Of a stretch of DNA of 32,000 nt, positions 25,341-32,000 are shown piece after piece. Numbering within the stretch: position 1 is the stretch's first letter; each line of letters begins with the position of its first letter. The position numbers were made by a program, and so were the translations under genes. The notes beneath the pieces were generated by a model, which did no database searches, had not been told where the DNA came from, and worked only from the letters and a program-made list of their open reading frames with translations. Source of the DNA: Nitrosarchaeum sp. (GTDB lineage: Archaea > Thermoproteota > Nitrososphaeria > Nitrososphaerales > Nitrosopumilaceae); assembly GCA_023265135.1 (NCBI GenBank), contig JAHFUM010000004.1, positions 53,036-85,035 on the forward strand, read 5' to 3'.

Positions 25341-26213
25341 TTAAAGGGATTTTAATCCAATCGGGAACTTGCGCACCCATAATATGATGCTCATACTGGC
25401 TATTGCTAGTACAATAATAGGCAATGTTCCAAATTCAGGTACAATTGTAGTGCCCATTACTGAAAGTAATTTTGAATCATCAGGCATGGTAATAGAAATA
25501 GTATCTATTTCATTGTTTTTAGATTCTTCAAAGTGAGTAATCTTTTTTCCGTCAACTATTATGATAAATGGACCTTCAATAAGATCGGAAGGCAAGCGAA
25601 TTTTTAGAGTATTGTCATCAGATTGTGGACGTCCAACTATTTCAAATGTAAGTAATTTTTGCTCTTTATCAATTGCAACTAGTGAAAGAAGTCTATCAAA
25701 GTGATATTCTACATCGAATACCTTAGTGCCATCCCCGATAGTTTTTCCAACTTTAGGAATTGTCTTGTATCCGTCTGTAACAAAAACAGTTCCAGTCATC
25801 CATGGGTGGAGGATGCAATAATATGGATATTGTCCTTTTTTATCAAATTGAAATTGAAATGATTTTCCAGGAGCCAAAAGATCAGAGCTGCCAAAAACTC
25901 CATCAGGCCCTTCAGATGGTGTTCCAGATACAACGGTATGATTTGCCTGATCTGCATTTTGCCAAACAACAGTATCACCAACTGAAATTTCTATATCACC
26001 TGTAGCTAACCCCGATTTTTCATTTTGCCAAAAATATGGAGCTTCAGGACTTGAAGAACCTGTTGGCATGTTGATGTCATAACTTTTAGCAAAAACAAGA
26101 TTGGTAAAAACAACAGATGAAACCAGTAGAATTGAAATCATTAAAAATAAAATATTCATATTTATTAGAAACCAATTGGATTTAAAGAGATTACGATGTA
26201 TAAGATCAGTCAC
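25341..26213 (-). CDS. Plastocyanin/azurin-type blue copper protein with extra domain and PEFG-CTERM anchor
   Basis: GDTVVWQNADQANHTV ... YPYYCILHPWMTG supplies the His...Cys-x2-His-x2-Met type-1 Cu ligands. The C-terminus is VPEFGTLPIIVLAIASMSIILWVRK. The start may be the internal ATG at 26159. Confidence 0.9.
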   Translation of the reverse strand: MTDLIHRNLFKSNWFLINMNILFLMISILLVSSVVFTNLVFAKSYDINMPTGSSSPEAPYFWQNEKSGLATGDIEISVGDTVVWQNADQANHTVVSGTPSEGPDGVFGSSDLLAPGKSFQFQFDKKGQYPYYCILHPWMTGTVFVTDGYKTIPKVGKTIGDGTKVFDVEYHFDRLLSLVAIDKEQKLLTFEIVGRPQSDDNTLKIRLPSDLIEGPFIIIVDGKKITHFEESKNNEIDTISITMPDDSKLLSVMGTTIVPEFGTLPIIVLAIASMSIILWVRKFPIGLKSL

Positions 26214-26292
26214 AAAAGGTCTCAGAAATAAATGCGCTTAAACTGACAAAAAATTATCGGAGTTTATTAGTTGGCATATAAAGAAATAATTC

Positions 26293-26523
26293 ATGAAAAG
26301 TGGCATTGTAATTATTACTACAGGTGCAGCAATGATAATTTGCGGGATAATATTATTTTATATTATTCAGAGCGGTCCCCAGATAGCACCTTTCCTTAGA
26401 ACAATAAAGCATGCAGGAACATTTATTGAATTATTAGGTATCGGAGTGACTTTAGCAGGAATATTGATGTATTTGATTAATAGAAATCAGCCACAAATCC
26501 AAGATTTCGATGTAGGCAATTAA
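26293..26523 (+). CDS. Small two-TM membrane protein
   Basis: 76 aa with two clear hydrophobic helices (GIVIITTGAAMIICGIILFYII and FIELLGIGVTLAGILMYLI). Confidence 0.55.
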   Translation: MKSGIVIITTGAAMIICGIILFYIIQSGPQIAPFLRTIKHAGTFIELLGIGVTLAGILMYLINRNQPQIQDFDVGN

Positions 26524-26554
26524 TGAAAATAATATTAAAATTCAAAAAAATACA

Positions 26555-26749
26555 TTATTCGCTAAACAATACCTTTTTGAATTCATCAACGGAAACAACA
26601 AACTTGCATATTTTACAAAATAATACTTCTTTATTTACTATATCTCTTAATGATGTAGGAATTTTTCCGCAGTATAGTGAATTGCTGTCACAGTTTGGAC
26701 AACATGCAAGTAATTGCTTCATGCCAAATTCATTTGTAAGATTCAACAA
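26555..26749 (-). CDS. Small zinc-ribbon protein (CPNC...CKIC)
   Basis: Two CxxC pairs about 27 residues apart. Preferred over the overlapping plus-strand ORF 26523-26786, whose product is N/S/T/L low-complexity. Confidence 0.45.
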   Translation of the reverse strand: MLNLTNEFGMKQLLACCPNCDSNSLYCGKIPTSLRDIVNKEVLFCKICKFVVSVDEFKKVLFSE

Positions 26750-27252
26750 GTCGTATAAGCATTTATTGTATATTAATAATAGGTAGAAATTATACTAGTG
26801 AGTAAAAAGATCACTAGAAATTATAAAAATACATGCATTAAAAAAATTGACATAAAAAATTTGGTGGGTGCAATCTTTCTTAAAGATTAATGGGATACGA
26901 TATAGTGTAAAAATCATTAAAGCATTATAAAAAAAGATTAAAAACTATAGGGAATACCCAAATTAAATAACTCATCAAAGATGCTAGGATCATTACTCCA
27001 ACAAAAGGCAATAAAGACGATTCAAAAATGGATGAAATCATAAAAAAAATTCAAGGAAGTTTATCAGATGTTAGATTACTCAGTTCTTTGAGTGATGACA
27101 CGTCATTTTTAGCAATAGTGCTACTGTTATGTAGATAAAAAAATCAGGATGCAGAACATGAATACTTTTTGAAGTCAGTATGATTTCACAATCAGTCAAA
27201 GATAATCCTAAGACAATTAGGACACATTAAATAAAATCAAACAATTTTTGAT

Positions 27253-27507
27253 TTAACTATTTCCTTGCAAATACCAATCAAGGTAGGGTTTCAAATTTTC
27301 ACACAATTTCCTCTTTTCAGCAACATTATTTTCGCTTAGAATTCCTTGAATTTTTCCTTGAAGATAGTTTTGTGTAATATCGCTTTTTAGATGGTGCCTA
27401 ATCTGAGTCAAAATTTCAACAATTCGATCAGTGGGTATGTTATCAAAATCATTTAAAATTTCTTTAACTTCTTGCGACAACATTAAAGAACCTAAAATGA
27501 ATCCCAT
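27253..27507 (-). CDS. Hypothetical helical protein (third gene of a three-gene cassette)
   Basis: 84-codon ATG ORF, 27 bp downstream of the previous gene. No motif recognised. Confidence 0.5.
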   Translation of the reverse strand: MGFILGSLMLSQEVKEILNDFDNIPTDRIVEILTQIRHHLKSDITQNYLQGKIQGILSENNVAEKRKLCENLKPYLDWYLQGNS

Positions 27508-27534
27508 TATTACTATATTGTTTAAATGTATTTT

Positions 27535-27768
27535 TTAAATGATGTCTTCGTCATTCCACGTAAGACGAAATTTTCCAGAAACTCTAAAAAGTTGCAATCT
27601 TCCACCTTTTTTAAATTTTAATTTATATAATTTCTGAGATGTGTCATAAATTTCCAAAGAAACATTTTCTGAAATAGTTTCAAAAATTACAGGATTCCTA
27701 GATACTTCCATCCAATCATTGGGTTCAAAATCAAGATAGAATTTTGTATAAAGCAGTCCCATTTTCAA
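27535..27768 (-). CDS. Hypothetical beta-rich protein (second gene of cassette)
   Basis: 77-codon ATG ORF, 49 bp downstream of the wHTH gene. No motif recognised. Confidence 0.5.
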   Translation of the reverse strand: MKMGLLYTKFYLDFEPNDWMEVSRNPVIFETISENVSLEIYDTSQKLYKLKFKKGGRLQLFRVSGKFRLTWNDEDII

Positions 27769-27817
27769 AGTTAGTAAAACAAGCCAGAATAAAAATCAGA
27801 TAGCCTCAATTATACAA

Positions 27818-28399
27818 TTATTCTGATTCTAGATAGTTTTTTGGCATACTAGTACTAAGATAACTCATGACTGTGGGATAGATCGTCTCAAAATCTTTAT
27901 CGTTATGTACAATATCAAAAATTTTATGAATCATCTGTTGAATTTCCAGGTGTTCGTCATGATACAAAGTTTTTTTTGGGTTTTTGTTTGAATCTAAAAG
28001 AGTAAATCCATTATCAGTCTGCAGTATGTTTCTCAGTAGTAAGTTTACTATGACGATCTTTTCATTTACATCTTTATGTTGATAGTCAGTCTCAAGTTTT
28101 TTTATGTAGGTTTTCATGTTATGAAAAGAGGTGTTGGTAATTCTTTCAATGTGTTGTTGAAATCGCATAGCATAATTTATTGTCGGAACATAGAATTTCA
28201 TATTCCCTTTTTTTTGAACTGAAATAATCTCTTTTTTAAGTAATGAATCTCTAGTTTTTTCAAATGTTGTTTTTGCCATAAATTCAGGGACTATCAATTC
28301 TATCAGTGCGTTATGATGCAAATTTGGATTATTTTTGATGCAGTCTAGAACAGTCCGTTCACGCTCATACAGTTCCAAGTTGGGCTCAAGATAAGTCAT
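27818..28399 (-). CDS. Winged-helix regulator with helical C-terminal domain (first gene of cassette)
   Basis: N-terminal RTVLDCIKNNPNLHHNALIELIVPEFMAKTTFEKTRDSLLKKEIISVQKKGNMKFYV looks wHTH-like. Same length class and landmarks as the ORF at 23374-23940. Confidence 0.55.
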   Translation of the reverse strand: MTYLEPNLELYERERTVLDCIKNNPNLHHNALIELIVPEFMAKTTFEKTRDSLLKKEIISVQKKGNMKFYVPTINYAMRFQQHIERITNTSFHNMKTYIKKLETDYQHKDVNEKIVIVNLLLRNILQTDNGFTLLDSNKNPKKTLYHDEHLEIQQMIHKIFDIVHNDKDFETIYPTVMSYLSTSMPKNYLESE

Positions 28400-28405
28400 T
28401 ATTAC

Positions 28406-28417
28406 TAGGTCGACCTA
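28406..28417. promoter_or_regulatory. Perfect 12-bp palindrome TAGGTCGACCTA between the TATA-like element and the start codon of the cassette regulator: candidate operator
   Basis: Read directly. It lies 7-18 bp upstream of the ATG at 28399. The half-site TAGGTCGA recurs at 28557-28564. Confidence 0.35.
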
Positions 28418-28795
28418 TTTTATACAGGTCATATATTTATCAATATCGGTAAATAAATCTAACAATATTAGAATAAACTATCAAAATTAAGCACAATTAG
28501 AGATGTTTTGGCGGAATCATTTGTACAATCGTTCCTTCGTACAGTAATGAAAAAGTTAGGTCGATGAACATTTCAGGCCATCTTTTAAAAGCAAATTAAT
28601 GTACAAATCATTGTTTAATTTTTGAGAATAAATTATGTATGATTGAGACATAATGGTAAGATGAACGTTTTTCACATAACATAAAAAATAATTCAGATGA
28701 GTGAAACAACAATAAACAAGGATTACAAGAATTCAAAAATGAGAATCGTCTTTACATAAATAAACTCACTTTATCAACATAATCTTGATGAAGTT

Positions 28796-29623
28796 ATGCC
28801 TATCTACAATCAATCTCTAAAAGAACTATTGCCGCTTTCTTTGAGTTCTACACCTGCAGTAAGCATTAGAAAAGAAAACAAAATGTGGATAGCTACATGT
28901 ATGTTAATGCATTATTTAGAATCATTTACAGATTCTCTTGTGGTAACAGAAGAGGATGAAAAACCAATTGGGGTGATTGGTGGAAAAGAAATAATTGAAA
29001 ATATTTTTGAAAATCCATCTTCAGACTTTTTTGATAAAATAATAGTAGAACAAGTCACAGATAAAAATCTCATCATCATATCTGAAGAAATTAAGCTGAC
29101 AGAACTACTTGAGAAATGGAAACAAACAAGAAGAGCGTTTTCAATTATTCCAAACAACTTAGGAGGGTATTCTGCCATATCGGGAAGAAAATTACTCGAG
29201 ATAGGTGCTAATTGTATTACTGATGTAACTATTTCAGAATTACCTAAAAAAGAAATTATCACTTTTAGTCGTTATGATACCATAAAAGACGTAATGAGTT
29301 TGATGCTTCAAAAAAATACTCGAAAACTACTATTAAAAAATACAAATAATTTCATTAGTGATCGATTAATCATTCAAACAATAGCACAGAAATTTGATTT
29401 TTTTAGAAATGTCAAATTTTTAGATCAGAGTGTTGCAGATTCATTTAATCTGGAAGAAGCAAAAAAAATTTCCAAAGACATGAATTTAGCTGAAATTTCA
29501 AAAATCATGTATGGAATGGTGCATCCTTACATAATTTTTCAAGATCAGGCAATAACTCCATGGGACATCTGCATTGCATTACAATCAGATAAAATAGAGT
29601 TGGCAGGTAAAGAAACTCGATAA
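28796..29623 (+). CDS. CBS-domain-containing protein
   Basis: Repeated CBS-like units (e.g. DSLVVTEEDEKPIGVIGGKEIIENIF; ITFSRYDTIKDVMSLMLQKNTRKLLLKNTNNFISDRLIIQTI). No catalytic domain recognised. Confidence 0.6.
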   Translation: MPIYNQSLKELLPLSLSSTPAVSIRKENKMWIATCMLMHYLESFTDSLVVTEEDEKPIGVIGGKEIIENIFENPSSDFFDKIIVEQVTDKNLIIISEEIKLTELLEKWKQTRRAFSIIPNNLGGYSAISGRKLLEIGANCITDVTISELPKKEIITFSRYDTIKDVMSLMLQKNTRKLLLKNTNNFISDRLIIQTIAQKFDFFRNVKFLDQSVADSFNLEEAKKISKDMNLAEISKIMYGMVHPYIIFQDQAITPWDICIALQSDKIELAGKETR

Positions 29624-29635
29624 AAAATAGTGATT

Positions 29636-29926
29636 TTATTTATTACTCTTTATTGCTTTTTTCAGGTCATTCAATAACATGACTGGATGCAATCGCACAC
29701 TAGCGTTATATCTTTGAAACAAAGGTTCTGCAATTGAAGGAATCATGTCAACGCTTGGTATATCAACAATGAATGCAAAAGTTCTCTTGCCTTCTGCCTC
29801 AAAAAAGTAGGATGTTTCTGCCTTTATTTTACTGATGTAATCTTCTAATGTTTTTAGAAATTTTGGATCTTTAATCATCTTGTTTCCATCTTCAACAGGG
29901 ATTGTTGCACGAATTATGAATCGCAT
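29636..29926 (-). CDS. Conserved small alpha/beta protein of unknown function
   Basis: 96 aa. IPVEDGNKMIKD...IKAETSYFFEAEGKRTFAFIVDIPSVDMIPSIAEPLFQRYNASVRLHPVM resembles a widespread uncharacterised family whose name I cannot recall with certainty. Confidence 0.5.
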   Translation of the reverse strand: MRFIIRATIPVEDGNKMIKDPKFLKTLEDYISKIKAETSYFFEAEGKRTFAFIVDIPSVDMIPSIAEPLFQRYNASVRLHPVMLLNDLKKAIKSNK

Positions 29927-30082
29927 TGGAATAAATTATTTTTAATGAATATTAAGCATTCCTATTTAATGTCATATCTTGCTTTTCCACAAATTTATGA
30001 TTTCAAATAAATAAGAACTTGGGTCATTCAAAAAATAGAGAATTATCAGACATGCAAAAATGAAGAATCTTTTAGAGATACT

Positions 30083-30142
30083 CGAGAAACAGATTCACAT
30101 GGTGTTCGACTAGAGCCCAACAAGAGATCGCCCTGTTTCTCG
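30083..30142. other. 10-bp perfect inverted repeat (CGAGAAACAG / CTGTTTCTCG) closing a 40-nt G+C-enriched loop in a 401-bp spacer
   Basis: Read directly: arms at 30083-30092 and 30133-30142. The enclosed sequence is visibly more G+C-rich than the flanks. No ORF longer than 17 codons. Confidence 0.3.
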
Positions 30143-30327
30143 GTGGTAATATATGGTATTTTTGACTAAAAAGGAACGCGTATAATTTGTTAGACAAGCG
30201 ATTAACAATTGTTACCAGATAGTGCCATGGCAGTCTTTGAGAATAATTTTAGAATATTTAACTGAAATAGAGTGACCATACCCTTTGAGGAATTTTACGT
30301 TGTAATGGTTTTGTTTACCTCTAAGTG

Positions 30328-30774
30328 TCATAAAACACTCTTGGTAAATGTTAAAGATGATTGTTCAAATCCAATACTTTTGTAAAACTTGTGAGAGTCC
30401 TTTCTTTGATTTCCTGACTCTAATCTTATTCTGTAACAATCTTTCTTTTTGGCAAGATCTATGCAATAATGCATCAATTTTTTACCAATGCCTAAACTCC
30501 TGAGTTGTTTTGTCACTATTAATTCAGGAATGTACATCTCAAGTTTTGCACGATTTAGTCGCCTCAGAAGAATTATGCTTACGAATCCTACAATTTTTGA
30601 ATCTTGCTTTGCAACTAAAATTGTTTTTTGTGAGTCTGAAAAATAATCCTTAATCTTATTTTTGAATATTTTGATTTCTTTTTCATCTATTGGTATTGGT
30701 CTGTCAAGATCGTAAAGAAGTTCAAGAATAAATGGAATGTCTTTGTCAGTTGCTTTTACTATTGAAATTTCCAT
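30328..30774 (-). CDS. GNAT-family N-acetyltransferase
   Basis: Acetyl-CoA motif A QLRSLGIGKKLM, followed by HKFYKSIGFE. 148 aa. Confidence 0.9.
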   Translation of the reverse strand: MEISIVKATDKDIPFILELLYDLDRPIPIDEKEIKIFKNKIKDYFSDSQKTILVAKQDSKIVGFVSIILLRRLNRAKLEMYIPELIVTKQLRSLGIGKKLMHYCIDLAKKKDCYRIRLESGNQRKDSHKFYKSIGFEQSSLTFTKSVL

Positions 30775-30840
30775 GTATAGTAAATTGCATATAGAATTTT
30801 AAACACTTTTCCTAAATCCTTAAGTTAATACAAAAATTAG

Positions 30841-31375
30841 ATGGTTATGGGGAATGCAGGTCTTGGAATAACTGTAGTATTCTTTTGGGCTTTGGCCACT
30901 TTTTTATTTATTACGGGTGAATATGGATATTGGTTCATAGTTGGGATTATAGGATTAGTATCATCATTTATTTACGCTGGTCAAAGTTCTCTCAAAAAAG
31001 AAGAAAAAAAATACATTTTAAGTTCACTTCCACAATACTCTAGTTCTGCATCTCCTGTATCTGAATATGATTTACAAAATAATTTTACAAATTTTTCATG
31101 GCGCGAAATGGAAGAACTGACAGGAAAATTATTTGAGAAAAAAGGGTATTCAGTTGAAGTCACTAAATCTACAGGAGATTTTGGGTTGATGTTTATGCCA
31201 AAAAAGCAATGCGATTCCAATTACAGAAAATACGATAGGAATTACAAGTTCTGATTGATATGCCACACTAACTTTGTATGATCTTATTTTCTTAAGCTTT
31301 ACGTCAACACTGCATGTCTTCCCTCATAATTCGGGGGGATACCATTTTTATTCTCTGTCAATAAAAAATAGAATG
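30841..31375 (+). pseudogene. Decayed membrane-anchored Mrr-type (PD-(D/E)xK) restriction-endonuclease-domain gene
   Basis: Two N-terminal TM helices, then SWREMEELTGKLFEKKGYSVEVTKSTGDFG, which is the N-terminal half of an Mrr_cat domain. The expected G-V-D-V-x-A continuation (VDVYAKK) is readable only in another frame, after the GGG run at 31183-31185. Every frame reaches a stop within about 25 codons. A possible further remnant (FTSTLHVFPHNSGGYHF) appears in a third frame. Confidence 0.5.
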
Positions 31376-31458
31376 CCCCCAAAATAGGCAGTAAAACATG
31401 ACGCTTGTCGTAAAAGTTAAGAAAACAATAGATTAGAAAAATTAAATTTTACAGTAAA

Positions 31459-32000
31459 TCAATAAAGTTTGTTAATACCTGCAATGTCGCCAGTATTCAG
31501 ATCACGTTTCTTAGTTTCACCATTAGACGCATATGCATACATGGTTTCCTCAGTGCAGCTATTACTTGGATGTCCCATTCCTGCTGCATGGCCTATTTCA
31601 TGAGTTGCAATATTTTGCAAGTCCATCTTGCCTGATTCCCCGCTATTGCTCCAGCTAAAGTCTTTAGTATCGTAAATTTGATCCCATTCTACAATTTGTC
31701 TCTGTGATGGGGAACCTGAAGTACTCCAAACCCAAGTGGCAGCAATTACACCATTGCTTGCAATATCGCCAAATGCAACCTCGTTAACACCATTCACGGA
31801 ATTACCAATAGAACTAGCATCGACTACAATATTACTGTCATATGATCCAAAGATAGCATTTCCAGCAGGATCTGCAATTTCCCATTGACTAGCTGCAGTT
31901 TGTAAAATATCAGTGGCACCAGTTACAGGTATACCATCTGTTGAAACTCCCCAATTTTCTTCGGATTTCCATTTAGCGCCATTTGAAATGTAAGAGTAAC
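31459..32000 (-). CDS. Metzincin (matrixin/M10-like) zinc metalloprotease, 5-prime end outside window
   Basis: HEIGHAAGMGH (HExxHxxGxxH) plus a Met-turn candidate (ETMYAY). My translation shows the frame stays open for 67 more codons upstream of the track start (which is GTG) to the window edge: YSYISNGAKWKSEENWGVSTDG... Confidence 0.85.
   Translation of the reverse strand, partial: YSYISNGAKWKSEENWGVSTDGIPVTGATDILQTAASQWEIADPAGNAIFGSYDSNIVVDASSIGNSVNGVNEVAFGDIASNGVIAATWVWSTSGSPSQRQIVEWDQIYDTKDFSWSNSGESGKMDLQNIATHEIGHAAGMGHPSNSCTEETMYAYASNGETKKRDLNTGDIAGINKLY

Noticed and set aside
26523-26786. 87-aa plus-strand ORF whose ATG overlaps the upstream stop (TAATG)
   Set aside because: The product is N/S/T/L-rich low complexity. 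The opposite strand encodes a protein with two well-spaced CxxC pairs (a zinc ribbon), which I consider more credible. This remains ambiguous.
27028-27138. 36-codon ATG ORF (MDEIIKKIQGSLSDVRLLSSLSDDTSFLAIVLLLCR) in the long spacer
   Set aside because: It is too short, with no motif and no obvious promoter or coupling.
28912-29262. 116-aa minus-strand ORF inside the CBS-protein gene
   Set aside because: It is antisense to a longer ORF with CBS-like repeats, and its product is S/I/F-rich low complexity.
30093-30132. GGTGTTCGAC within the inverted-repeat loop, considered as a tRNA T-arm
   Set aside because: No acceptor, D or anticodon arms can be built around it on either strand.

Overview
This is an AT-rich archaeal chromosome segment, roughly one-third G+C by eye. 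Its gene content fits an ammonia-oxidising thaumarchaeon of the Nitrosopumilus type: PEFG-CTERM-anchored proteins, plastocyanin-type copper proteins, the archaeal purP, and many small winged-helix regulators.

The left two-thirds (1 to about 22.6 kb) is mostly core. It holds a minus-strand de novo purine cluster (purS, purQ-purL-purF with overlapping stop/start codons, and purC further downstream), plus purP on the plus strand. It also holds tatC-tatA, ubiX with an SRPBCC protein, a SIMPL/DUF541 protein, a SpoT-like HD hydrolase, a DUF151 nuclease-domain protein and a CBS-fused TrkH transporter.

Interleaved with these are exported or membrane-anchored proteins whose sequences suggest copper or soft-metal handling:
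- a Met/Gln-rich protein
- a PepSY protein with GMH(E/D)FG repeats, sitting behind two adjacent palindromes
- two cupredoxins
- a polytopic membrane protein with CC and CPTC motifs

The right third (about 22.6-31.5 kb) looks accessory. It has many small hypothetical genes, long spacers, an orphan PIN-like (Mut7-C/DUF5615) gene, two apparently paralogous wHTH regulators, a compact three-gene cassette with a palindromic operator candidate, a decayed membrane-anchored Mrr-type endonuclease gene, a GNAT and a metzincin protease cut by the window end.

I saw no rRNA, tRNA, CRISPR array, transposase or integrase. One intergenic C/D-box sRNA candidate is proposed. All functional calls rest on motif recognition in the supplied translations, because no database search was possible.
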